This document shows, piece by piece, positions 50,246 through 62,330 of a DNA stretch of 64,000 bases. Origin of the DNA: Heterodontus francisci (lineage: Eukaryota); the NCBI RefSeq assembly GCF_036365525.1, contig NC_090377.1:127253594-127317593 (forward strand), given 5' to 3'. The notes under the pieces were generated by a model. That model did not search any database. It was not told the DNA's origin and was given only the letters and a program-made list of their open reading frames with translations. Position 1 is the first letter of the stretch, and each line of letters starts with the position of its first letter. The position numbers and the translations under genes are program-made.

Positions 50246-51866
50246 CATAAGATCATAAGAAATAGGAGCAGGAGTAGGCCATTCATTCCCTCGAGCCTGC
50301 TCCGCCATTCACGAAGATCATGGCTGATCTAATTGTGGCCTTTACTCTACTTTCCTGCCGGACCCCATAACCCTTGACTCCCTTGTAGATCAAAAATCTA
50401 ACTCAGCCTTGAATATATTCAATAACTCAGCCTCCACTGCTCTCTGGGGAAGAGAACTGCAAAGATTAACCACCCTCTGTGAAGAAATTCCTCCTCATCT
50501 CTATCATAAATGGGAGAGCCCTTATTTTGAAACTGTGTCCCCTAGTTCTAGATTCCTTCATGAGGAAACATCCTCTCAGCATCTACCCTATCAAACCCCC
50601 TCAGAACCTTACATGTTTCAATAAGAACACCTCTCATTCTTCTAAGCTCCTGAGTATAGGCCTAACCTTTCCTCATAAGACAACACCTTCATCCCAGGAA
50701 TCAGCCTAGTGAATGTTCTCTGAACTGCTTTCAATGCAAGTATATCCCTCCTTAAGTAAGGGGACCAAAACTGTACACAGCACTCCTGCCCTGTACAGCT
50801 GTAGCAAGACTTCCCTACTTTTATACTCCATCCCCCTGCAATAGGGATCAACATTCCATTTGCCTTCCTAGTTACTTGCTGTACCTGCATGCTAACATTT
50901 TGCGATTCATTTACATGGATACCCATATCCCTCTGTACCGCAGCATTCTGCAGTCTCTTTCCATTTAAATAATATTTTGTTTTCTATTCTTCCTGCTAAA
51001 GTGGACAATCTCACATTTTCCCACATTATACGTCAGCTGCCAAATTTTTGCCCACTCTCTTAACCTATTTATATCCCTTTGCAGACTCTGTGTGTCCTCC
51101 TCACAACTTGCTTTCCTATGTATCATCAGCAAATTTGTCTACAATATACTTGGTCCCTTCATCCAAGTCATTAATATAGATCACAAACAGTTGAGACCCC
51201 AGCACTGATCCCTGTGGCACTTCACTAGTTAGTTTGCCAACCTTTTATACCAAAACTCTGTTTTCTCTTAGTTCGCCAATTCTCTATTCATGATATTACC
51301 CCCAACACCATGAGCTCTTATCTTTGCTTTCTGTCTTCCTCCTTCCTTGAATAGAGGTGTTACATTTTCTGTTTTCCAGTCCGCTGGGACCTTTCCAGAA
51401 TCTAGGGAATTTTGGAAGATTACAACCAATGCATCCACTATCTCTGTAGCCCCTAGGATGCAGGCCAGCGGGTCCAGGGGACTTGTCAGCCTTTAGTCCC
51501 ATTAGTTTTTTCCTGGTACCTTTTCTCTAGTGATCGTGATTGTTTTAAGTTCCTCCCTCCCTTTTGCCTCATGATTTTCTGCTAATCTTGAGATGCTTTT
51601 CATGCCTTTTACTATGAAGACAGATACAAAATACTTGTGCCATTTCCTTGTCTCCCATTATTAATGTCCCAGTATCATCCTTTAAGGGACCAACACTTAC
51701 TTTAGCTACTCTTTTCCTTTTTATATAATTGTAGAAGCTTTTATCGGCTGTTTTTATATTTCTTGCTAGTTTACTCTCATACTCAAATTTCTCCTTTTTT
51801 TTAGCCATCCTTAAAATTTTCCCAATCTTCTGACCTACCACTAATCTTTGCAGCATTATACGCCTC
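50246..51866 (-). mobile_element. CR1 fragment with 3' tail
   Basis: KSFYNYIKRKR, LKADKSPGP.GLHPR, CVQFWSPYLRRDI and a (CATAAGA) tail. Confidence 0.88.
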
Positions 51867-51929
51867 CATTCCTACAACTATGGACACTTATTGGCTGGCC
51901 AACCCACCCTTGAACCAATTAGCAACATT

Positions 51930-52960
51930 TGACCAAGCGTGGCATCAAGGAGTTTGAGTAAATTTGAAGTTAATGTGAATCAGGGGAATACTTTCCATTG
52001 GGGTGTGGTTGTTGAAGGCTAATTGTTTCAGCCCCAGGACACCCCTGCAGCAGTTCCTTAGGGCAGTATACATCATGAGCTCAGAAGAAGGGGTGTCCAC
52101 TGATGATTGCATTATGTTCAGTTCCATTCGCTACTCTGTTGAAAATTAAGCAGTTTGTGCCCACATGCAGCAAGACCTGGACAACATTTAGGTTTGGGCT
52201 GGTAAGTGACAAGTAACATTCGTGCCACACAAGTTCCAAGAAACAAGAGTCCAACCAGCTCCCCATGACATTCGAACTACCATCAGTAAATCCCCCTCCA
52301 TCAACATCCTAGGGACACCACCGACCAGAAACTTAACTGGACGACCCACATAAATACCTTGGCTACAAGAGCAGGTCAGAGAATGGGTATTCTGCAGCGA
52401 GTAACTCAGCTCCTGACTCCCCAAAGCCTTTCCGCCATCTACAAGTCAGGAGTGTAGCAGAGTGTTTTCCACTTGCCTGGATGAGTGCAACTCCAACAAC
52501 ACTTCTGTAGCTCGACACCATTCATGACAAAGCAGCCCACTTCATTGGCACCCCATCTACCACAGTAAACATTCACACCCTCCATCACTGGCGCACCATG
52601 GCTGCCATGTGTACTGCCTACAAGACACAATGCAGCAACTCACTAAGACTTCTGTGACAGAATTTCCACACCCATGACCTCCATTGCCTAGGAGAACAAG
52701 GGCAGCAGGCACATACGAACACCATTACCTGCAAGTTCCCCTCCAGTTACACACCATCCTGATTTGGAAATATAACGTAATTCCTTCATCATTGCTGGGT
52801 CAAAATCCATGAACTCCCTCCCTCAGAGCACAGTGGGTGTAGGAACAGACCATGGACTGCAGCCGTCAGCATCTTCTCAAGGGCAATTTGAGATGGGAAA
52901 TAAATAACTGCTGGCACTGCCAGTGATGCCCACATCCAGTGAATAAATAAAAAAAAAAGA
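51930..52960 (+). mobile_element. LINE family B 3' fragment, diverged
   Basis: Colinear with 36840-37960, poly(A) end. Confidence 0.8.
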
Positions 52961-53624
52961 ACAAAAGGGTACAGGGTGGCAGTGTTAGTAAAGCACTCCA
53001 TCCCAGCACAAGGAAAAACTAGGGAATTGTGTTAAGACTGACTTCATGTAGCTCTCATAAAGAATTGGGGAAAGGAAATTGTATAAATCTCTTTATATTA
53101 TAAACAATCTAATAGTGAAGAATTGTACATTGTTTAGAGATATCAGAAAACAACAGTGCAATAATATTGGGTGATTTTAACTATCTGAAGATAGACTGCA
53201 ATAAAGATACTGCATGTTGTTCAAGTAGGGAATGTTTTTAGAATGCATTCACAACTGCTTCCTACATCTCATCCAACCAATAATATGGCAGTGCTTTGCT
53301 TAGTTCTGGGAAATTAGGTAGGGCAAGTAACAAATGTAAAAGTAGGAGAACAAATAGGAAAAATCAACTACTACAAAAGCAGATTTAATGTAAGAACAAA
53401 AGAAGATGTTGAAAAGTAGAAGCTAAGGAACAGTTCAGTGACATAAGGTGTGGGGGGGGGGGGTGGTGTGGTGGTGCATGGTGGCGAGGTTGGCTCAAAA
53501 TAATAAGGTAGAAAATTTATCAAAAAGGTTAACCTTTCAGCCATGAGAAATCTTCAAGCAGGAAAGGCAGAGAGTACAAAATAAATATATTCTTGCAAGG
53601 TGATTCAAAGATTGGGGATGGATG

Positions 53625-54032
53625 GATGCATTTATACAGAGCATTTCACGACCTCATGATGTCTCAAAGTGCTTTACAGCTAATGAGGTACTTTTGAAGT
53701 TATAGGAAACACAGTTATAGAAAGCACCCACAATCAACAATGAAATAAATGTCCAGATCATCTATTTAGGAGTTGTTTCAGGGATGAATATTGGCCAAGA
53801 CACCAGGACATCTCCCCTGTTCTTCTGTGAAATAATGTCACAAGATCTTTTATGTCTGCCTAAGGGCCCAGACGGAGTCTCAGTTTAAAGGTTCAGGCAA
53901 AAGATGGCACCTCTGAAAATACAGCACTCCTTCAGTACTGCACATAAATGCCAGCCTAGTCTCTGGAATGGGTCTTGAACACACAATCTTCTGACTTAGT
54001 AGTAAGAGTGCTACCACTGAGCCAAGGCTGAT
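53625..54032 (-). mobile_element. Deu-domain SINE (SacSINE1/AmnSINE1-like)
   Basis: tRNA-like head TGGCTCAGTGGTAG..GTTCAAGACCC on -. GATGGCACCTCTG..CAGCACTCCTTCAGTACTGCAC recalled as the Deu-domain motif. L2-like tail. Confidence 0.65.
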
Positions 54033-54132
54033 ACCCTAACTATTTAAATTAATTTTAAACAAAGTAATGGCTAAGCCAAGAAAAAATTGCAGTCATTCTC
54101 TATATTCAGTTCAAAGAAATTACAGTGGCCTA

Positions 54133-55036
54133 TGTTACAACCAGCTGAGAGGGGTCTAGGGGTTCGCTTTCAGCCTTTGCCTCGTTTAACCGTAACAGGG
54201 TTTAATTTTTAATAAACACCGTGTTTTAGCTCCCCCTTAGTGAATCCTTGTTCACTGCTTTCCAGTCGTAAGGAAAATAAATCAATTCAGACTAGTTTTC
54301 TTAGATGTTAAAGAAAGGTATAAGTTTATTAATCTTAAACTCTAATCCGGTTAACGACTATGAATATGCGACGCGACCAAGCTGGTATGCATACGCGATA
54401 AACACACATGCAGATAGAGACAGAAAAATAGAAAGAATAAAGGGGAAAAGTTTGAGGCAATATCTAGTAGTTACAGTCCTTAAAGTTCAATGTGGAGTCT
54501 TTGGTTGCCAGTATTTCTTGCAATTCGTTCGGGTCCAGTCACACTTCAACTTGTTCCGATGTAGGGGTCTTTTCTCTTAAGGTTTACATGTCTTCCGTGG
54601 GTCAGGTGGCTTGGGACAAAGCGAGAGAAAGAGAGAGGGAGAGGCTTCCTTGTTCCACCTTCCAGGTCAAAACTGCCTTCTGCCTCTTTCTCTGTGGCAC
54701 AATTCAAAAAACCCCAGGTTGCCCAGCAGGTTAGTCATCTGACTAGCTGTTTTGACCACTTCTGTTTGTGGATTCTGCCATCTTAGCAATCATCCTGGAA
54801 TGTGAGCTTCCTTACCTTCAATGTCTGATGATCACAGTCCATTTTGGGTTAAGTGGACCAGAGAATAGTGCTTTGTCTCTACAAGCACTGTCTGTTGGTA
54901 TGCAAATGTTTTCCAGCCAAGTATCTGGTGTTTTTTTTTAACGAGTCCTTTCTTCACTCCAGCAACAGTTTAATATCAATGATTATATGACAAAATTAAT
55001 ATGCCTTACTCTTGGCAAGTGGGGGTCTGCATGACA
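54133..55036 (-). mobile_element. Solo LTR (family A, diverged)
   Basis: TGTTACA...CATGACA on +, perfect TSD CCTA (54129-54132 / 55037-55040). Confidence 0.9.
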
Positions 55037-55379
55037 CCTATTCTGCTCCATACAAATGCATCAAATAATATTTCTTACTTCATAACTTAATTCCTAAACT
55101 AAAAATTAGATTTTGCTTTCCAATGCCAGAGATTTTACAAAGTAATACTTTTGAAAATGGCTGTTCGATTTCTGAACTTAGTAGAAATTTTGATTTTGAA
55201 TAACTTTTATATATAGTCATTTTCCCTTTACCATTTCCCCATTAAAAGTATGCACAGAATATTTTGTTTGCAAAATATTTCCCAGCAATAACCCAAGCAT
55301 TTTACTAATTTTCTTCTATGATGCAACTTTCTAATAGAGTCCTGAGTAAGTTAAAATTCTGACCTATCAAGTGGATAAA

Positions 55380-55700
55380 TACTCTGTGTGGTATGCAATT
55401 GAGCCATACACACCAAGGTCATCCCAGATTCAATCTCTTTTCTGTGCAAACTTAATTGATCCTGGGTGTAAATACAAGAGCACTATAATTAAGCTCAACA
55501 TCCCCCTGCTTGTATGATGTAAGAACGAGCCGAGGATCCTGCTCCACAACACTAGTCAGTCACCCAGCACGCAAAAAGAAGCATATGGAGAAATCAAATG
55601 AAAACAGAGTTCGCCTCTGGCAGTGATGACCCTTGTGGATGAATAACCTGCTAAGACTCCATTTAGGCTCACACATAAAGAATGGCCTTCAATAAAGTTG
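55380..55700 (+). mobile_element. Possible ancient SINE remnant
   Basis: Degenerate B-box-like GATTCAATCTC and a GC-richer body in AT-rich flanks. Family not identified. Confidence 0.3.
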
Positions 55701-56011
55701 TACATCAACATGAGTCACCACTTTCAAGAGGAGGAGCGGGAAACTAGATAAAAAGAGAACTGCAATTTATTACTTCCAGCTTACATTTCTCAGTATTAGG
55801 TTTTCCACCACAAGTGATGAAAACTGATTTCCACTGCAGATTAAGAATGAATACGCATATAATTTAAATATTGTAAGTAATTTAGTTCAACTACAATTAT
55901 ATCATTAAAAATAAAATATACTTAGAATTGTAAAAATTTTCATATACGTCATTTATTTTGTTGCCATTCTGGAAGAAGTTCCCCTACGCCAAAAATATTA
56001 TTGTTACACAT

Positions 56012-57680
56012 TGATGAAATGTATCCCAGGCTGTTAAAAGAAGCAAGAGAGGAAATAGCAGAAGGTCTGACATTATTTTCCAGTCCTCGCTGGACAAAGG
56101 TGTGGTGCTAATGTTGTACCTCTGTTTAAAAAGGGAGCGAGTGATAGACCGAATAATTACAGGCCAGTCAGTCTAACCTCAGTGGTGGGCAAATTATTGG
56201 AATCTATTCTGAGAGACAGGATAAACTGTCATTCAGAAAGGCACAAGTTAATCAAGGATAGTCAGCATGGATTTGTTAAGGGAAGATCTTGTTTGACCAA
56301 CTTGATCAAATTTTTTGAAGAGGTAACAAGGAAGATAGATGAGGGTAGTGCAGTTGATGTGGTCTACATGGATTTTAGTAAGGCTTTTGACAAGGCCCCA
56401 CATGGCAGACTGGTTAAAAAAAATAAAATCCCATGAGATCCAGGGAAATACAGCAAGGTGGATACAAATAAAAGCAAAATACTGCGGATGTTGGAAATCT
56501 GAAATAAAAACAAGAAATGCTGGAAATACTCAGCAGGTCTGGCAGCATCTGTGGAGACAGAAGCAGAGTTAACGTTTCAGGTTCAGTTCTGAAGGTGGAT
56601 ACAAAATTGGCTCACTGGCAGGAAACAAAGGGTAATTGTTGACAGCTGTTTTTTCGATTGGAGGGCTGTTCCCAGTGGCGTTCCGCATGGCTCAGTACTA
56701 TGTCCCCTGCTTTTTGTGGTATATATTTAACGATTTGGATGTAAATGTAGGGGGCATGACCAAGAAGTTTGCAGATGACACAAAGATTGACCGTGTGGTA
56801 GATAGCAAGGAGGACAGCTGTAGACTGCAGGAAGATATTGATGGTCTGGTCAGATGGGCAGAAAAGTGGCAAATGGAATTCAACCTGGAGAAGTGTGAGA
56901 TGATGCAATTGGGGAGGCCAAACAAGGCAAAGGAATACACGATTAGTGGGAAAATATTGAGAAGTGTAGAGGAAGTGAGGGACGTTGGAGTGAATGTTCA
57001 CAGATCCCTGAAGGTAGCAGGACAGGTCAGTAAGTTGGTTAAGAAGGCATATGGAATCCTTTCCTTTATTAGCCGAGCTACAGAATATAAGAGCAGGGAG
57101 GTTATGCTGGAACTGTATAACTCATTGGTTAGGCCACAACTTGAGTACTGTGTGCAGTTCTGGTCACCTATTACAGTAAAGATGTAATTGCACTAGAGAG
57201 GGTACGGAGGAGATTTACGAGGACGTTGCCAGAACTGGAAAACTGCAGCTATGAGGGAAGATTGGATAGGCTGGGGTTGTTCTCCATGGAACAGAGAAGG
57301 TTGAGGGGAGATCTGATTGAAATGTACAACATTTTGAGGGGCCTGAATAGGGTGGAGGTGAAGGGCTTATTCACTTGAACCAAGAGGTCGGTGACTAGGG
57401 GGCATAGATTTAAAGTGATTGGTAGAAAAATTAGAGGGGCAATGAAGAAAAATGTTTTCACCCAGAGGATGGTGGGGGTCTGGAATTCACTGCCTGAGAG
57501 GGTAGTTGAAGCAGAAACCTTCAACTCATTCAAAAGGAGTCTGGATGTGCACCTGAAGTATCGTAATCTGCAGGGCTAGGGACCAAATGCTGGAAGGTGG
57601 TAGAATAGGTTGATCGTTTCTCAGCTGGCACAGGTACGATGGGCCAAGTGGCCTCTTTCTGTAGCTTAAACTTTCTATGA
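56012..57680 (+). mobile_element. 5'-truncated CR1
   Basis: QHGFVKGRSCLTNLI, DFSKAFDK, KFADDTK, RPQLEYCVQFWSP and the 3' UTR. Closely related to 29864-31280. Confidence 0.92.
56469..56591 (-). mobile_element. 123-nt Penelope-terminus-derived insertion with TSD
   Basis: Perfect 14-bp TSD AAGGTGGATACAAA (56455-56468 / 56592-56605). Confidence 0.88.
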
Positions 57681-57879
57681 ATTTTAATTATAGCAGGACA
57701 GTGCATTCTAGCTCTTGTAGTCTCTTCTACATTAACATTTAGATTGTATCAACAGCCATGAATGCAAACTCAATTCTTTCTCCTGCTTCTCTCATCTCCG
57801 TATGTACTAGTTCCTCTGAACATATTGAAATACAGTCACTGCTGTCATGAATATTGCAACCTATTTGCTGGGACCAACG

Positions 57880-58730
57880 CACAAAATCATACAGCAGACT
57901 GATGCTGCCTTGGAATCCCTGGTGCAGACAATGAAGAGGAGACGGAACGTCCTCTTCTCTCATGCCCTCCAGGCATCAACTTTGCTGACAATAGTAAGAA
58001 ATCAGCCAGCATATCAATGCCAAGAGCATTGCACCCAGGACATGGCTGCAATGGCTTAAGCATTTTAATGATTGAACTAGCGTTATTAAGGCAAAAAGAT
58101 GCTTCTCATACCCTCTGCTCACAGCTGCAGCTCATACGTCCTCATTAAAAGCACAATGACAGCACTCAGAAGACTGATTTCTCCTACAATCACTGCTCTA
58201 TATTTCAGGACACCTCCTTCTTCTCATCCTCACAGCTCACCATTATTACAAGCCTCACATACCCACAACTTGCATCTGACACACAAACTATCAGCTATTC
58301 CACAATGGCAACCACATTCTCCAAATACCTCAAGAATCTAACACACTCCTTTCTTTCTGGCAGGAGAAAGTTATCCACAACACCAGGTAACAGGTTGGCA
58401 CCGGAGGAGGAACAGACTGCAGATCCTCTCCCCTCTTAAAAAGAGCATTCTGGCAATCGTGGGCACAGGCAGAGTGGTGGCTGTGGCGAATGACAGCGCT
58501 GCAGGAGATGCACACTCTGCAGAAGAAGCTTCTTTTAACTTCTTTCTCTTTGCTCTCCCTCATACTACAAGCTCACCCTTGTCCTCTTTTGCTTCAGCTG
58601 CAGAGAATATTGATAGCCCTCAGCCAGTCAAGGAAGATATACTGTCAATCAATCTGGCTCCCGCAAGCACCAGCTCAGACACTGGCACCATATGGACTTC
58701 AGTTAAGTGAGGGCAAGACCTATAAGTCTG
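57880..58730 (+). pseudogene. Harbinger Myb/SANT-like gene remnant
   Basis: DAALESLVQTMKRRRNVLF..NAKSIAPRTWLQW..HFND. Acceptor CTGGCAG/GAGAAA resembles the one at 49692. Confidence 0.65.
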
Positions 58731-58755
58731 GAGTGAAAGAACACAATCAACTGGT

Positions 58756-59794
58756 TGTTACGATCAAATGAGGAGGGATCGAAAGGTTTCCCTCTTTTCC
58801 TACTTCTTGTTTGACCACAACAGGTTTAATCTTTTCCTAAAGTGGATGTGTTGCCAATTCAGTAGGTGTTTGATTAATTACTTGCTGTAATCATAACAAG
58901 AAACAATCGGATAGGTTTTCTTGAGTTAACAAAGAAAGAGGTTAACTTTATTGTACCTAAACCGAANNNNNNNNNNNNNNNNNNNNNNNNNNNNNNNNNN
59001 NNNNNNNNNNNNNNNNNNNNNNNNNNNNNNNNNNNNNNNNNNNNNNNNNNNNNNNNNNNNNNNNNNNNNNNNNNNNNNNNNNNNNNNNNNNNNNNNNNNN
59101 NNNNNNNNNNNTAAGTTACAGAGTAGGGAAAGTTAGATTGGTTGAGTTAGAGTCTATATAAAAAGGTATACAGTCTGTGGAGTTTGGTGATTTGGCTGGT
59201 TTCTAGCTGAATTCAGTGGTCCTGAGGTTTTTAGTTTGAAGAGGTAGATGACTGGTTCGGTTCATCTCTTGGAGACAGCAATGTGGATGATTTCCTCCAA
59301 TGGGGTTTCTGATTGTAGCTGGAGTATGCAAAGGTGGTCAGCCAACAGGCAAGATTTGAAAGCTTTCAAGCGGTAATGGAGAGAGAGAGAGACCCCACTG
59401 GGTGTGCACGTGGCAGAGTCCAGTGCTTCTCCTCTCTCTGCTGCAGAAAGACACAAGCTTAAAACCACAGATGGGGAGGGACTTGTCACATGACATTCAG
59501 TCAGTCATTCAAACATAGCAGTTACCAGTATTTCCTCTTGCTAAAAAGAACAGGTAGTTCCTTTAAACTTTCTGAGTCTTGGTTCTTGCTGCGACATGAG
59601 CAGACATTTCATCTCCCCCCTCACAAGTATTGTAGTGTAGGATACAGTGTTGCAAATTAGGTATCCATCTTAAGCTGCCAGCAAAGTCATCTTTTCAGCT
59701 GGTCCTTTTAAAAAAAGTCTTTAAAAAAAAAATTCAGATCTCCAGTCAGTGGATTAAAGAAAATTATCATTCAACAAAGCACATTGGCGTAATA
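58756..59794 (-). repeat. 3' LTR of the Gypsy element (contains an assembly gap)
   Basis: Starts TATTACG right after the PPT and ends CGTAACA. U5 resembles 9380-9458. Confidence 0.82.
58967..59111. other. Assembly gap (145 N)
   Basis: Run of N. Confidence 1.
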
Positions 59795-60025
59795 CCTCCC
59801 CACCATGCGAAATGCAATGTGACAACGGAAACAATTCATTATGAGGTCACAAGTTAAAAAGAAACTGTACACAAACACTCTGTGCGTGCGAGAGAGTAAG
59901 ACTGTACACAGTCTCATTGTCATAGCCATATTCTCGTTTTTTTTTCATCCGGGGTTGTGAACGAGCACAACTGGGGAACTTCAACTGCTCTGACCGGGCT
60001 CAATCAGCCTGTGCTCCAGCATAAA

Positions 60026-60626
60026 CTGAATTTCCTCATGTCTTTCTACAATATCTTCCTTTGCCAGTTTCTCTATATCAGTGAACTCAACCCTGGATTC
60101 AAAGTTGTTCATAATTTTGTAAAGATTGTCCAGTGCTTTTTGTACATTTTTCTGTGTGCTCATCCAGTCCAACAGCTAGCTTTGCAGAGCACTGTGGAAA
60201 CCAATTGTCACCAAGTAAAATGGTGACTTCATTTGTATGGATTAGCTGTCCTGGCATAAATGCAAGTGGGCCAAATGTCACCATAACATCCTAAGACACT
60301 TTGTCAGGCAAAGATTTAAGCCTGCCTTTAAGTGCTTCATAGTCATTTTGTACTTTAACCCCGGTGCTGAATTTTTTCCCTTGTAGCTTGAGACCACCTA
60401 TCAATTTTGTCCTGCATCTCTTCCTGTTGTTCCAGCTCATTTAGCCTGGCCCACAATTCCTCCTCAGATCGGTTACTTGACTTGCAGTCACCACCACCAT
60501 CACCACCCTCCAAATCTACCACAAAAACCTTTTTGAGAGTAGGGTTTTCCTTTGGCTTATGAGCTTTTCTGTGTCTCCCTTCAGAATTTAAATCTTTAAT
60601 TTCTAGGTCTTCAGTCTGAATTTCCT
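60026..60626 (-). pseudogene. URI1: Circularly permuted, intronless URI1 fragment captured in Gypsy pol (candidate circRNA-derived retrocopy)
   Basis: 60626-60398 reads EIQTED..RHRKAHKP..EEELWARLNELEQQEE..IDR. 60397-60026 reads VVSS..IQH..NDYEALKGRLKSLPDKVS*DVMVTFGPLAFMPGQLIHTNEVTILLGDNWF..CSAK.AVGL.EH..MNNFESRVEFTD..DIVERHEEIQ. Both match recalled human URI1 residues ~40-229, but in swapped order. One stop and three frameshifts. Confidence 0.9.
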
Positions 60627-60653
60627 TCCAAACATGGGTCAGTTTCCTGGGCC

Positions 60654-62200
60654 CTAGGCATATTGTTTTATGGGAGGGGTCTCTTCTACATCCATATCAT
60701 GTAGGGTTAGAGTTGTGCACCCTGGTTTGTCCCTACAGATCCCTTTAAACGTTGTGAGCAGCCTTGCTAGGTCTCCTTTATGTTCTGCGTTTAAATAGGA
60801 GAGTACAGTGTCTAATGTCCCTAACATTTCAGTGTTAGCTAACCAGATGGTAGGGGGTTCGATGTGGGAATCCTCATGGCCTCCCTCTAACTTGTCCTCA
60901 TTGTCCGTTTCGCCCTCCTCTTTCCTGACTGCCTGACAGACTTGTGCTTCCCAGATGTGATACAATTTTAACATATTGATGTGGCACAGCCTTTTCCTTT
61001 TCCTCCGATCTGTGGTGTCTATTATGTAATTTACCTGGCTAATTCTCTTTACTGCTCTGTACAGGCCACTGAACCGGGCTTTCAATGGTTCTCCCTGTAT
61101 TGGTAATAGCACTAACACGTGGTCTCCAGGCTGAAATGTTCTGGCCTTGGCATATTTATCCGCCTGTCCTTTCATAGCTGTCTGGGAGGTTTTTAGGTAT
61201 TCCTGAGCCACCACACAGGCTCTCATGAGTCATTCTCGGAACATGGAGATGTAGTCTAACAGGGATGATTTATCCCTGTGTCCCAAACCACCTTTCCTTG
61301 ATTGGTTTTTGAGGACCTCTCACCTCGTGACCATAAACTAATTCAAAGGGGCTAAAGCCAGTGGACTCATTGGGGAGTCCCATGTAGCAAACAGAAGAAA
61401 TCCCAGCCCTTTGTCCCAGTCATGGGGGTACTCATAACAGTATGTACTGACCATTGTCTTTAGGGTCTGGTGGTACCGCTCCAAAGCCCCTTGTGACTGT
61501 GGGTGGTAGGCTGAGCACTTTAGCTGGGTTATGCCCAGATTACCCATGATCTTTTGAAAAATACTGCACATAAAATTTGTGCCCTGATCCAACTGGATCT
61601 CAGCAAGCAGCCCATATCGGGTGAAGAATTGGGTTAGCCCCACTAACACTACCTTGGCAGAGCTAGTTCTTAGAATGATAGCCTCTGGAAATCGGGTAGC
61701 TACATCTATAATGGTGAGAAGAGACTGGCAGCTCCCTTTTGTTTTCGGCAGGGGCCACACACAATCTACCAGCACTATGCTGAACGGTTCCCCAAAAGCC
61801 GGTATGGGAATTAGGGGTGCAGGTTTTAGTGCAGGTTGAGGCTTCCCCACAATCTCACACATGTGGCAAGTCTTACAGAACTCCACCACATCCCTGTGGA
61901 GTTGTGGCCAATGAAAATGCTGTCTGATGTGGGCTTGGGTTTTTCTGATACCGACATGATACCAGCCATTGGAATCTCATGGGCTATTCTCAAAATTTCC
62001 CTACAGTACCTCGGCGGCACCACTATCTGGTGAACCACTGTCCACTCTTCGTCTGCAGGTCTATAAGGAGGTCTCCACTTCCTCATCAACAACTCATCCT
62101 TTAAATAGTAGCACTTTGGAATTCCCTCTGCTTCAGCATCAATTTGGGCAGTCTGTGCTAACTTTTTTAACTCTAGGTCGGCTTGCTGCGCCGCGACCAA
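60654..62200 (-). pseudogene. Gypsy integrase plus linker and RT N-terminus
   Basis: LRIAHEIPMAG, FCKTCHMC, VLVDCV, IQLDQGTNF, SAYHPQSQGALERYHQTLK, FQPGDHVLV..ARFSG, HINMLK, then PPIKQ. Confidence 0.9.
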
Positions 62201-62330
62201 AGAAAACCTGTTTAACCCATCCTTTGGGTTAACTTCCCAAAGAAGGTTTCAGATAAACAGACAGCAGGGTCATCTGTCTACAATACCAGTTCAGGCTCCT
62301 CTGGTGGAGCTTGTTTGACCATGGACCAGG

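Noticed and set aside
58951-59136. ORF across the N run
   Set aside because: Assembly gap artefact.
60026-60626. Functional URI1 gene or ordinary processed pseudogene
   Set aside because: No introns, N- and C-terminal exons absent, order permuted, stop and frameshifts present, no poly(A), embedded in Gypsy pol.
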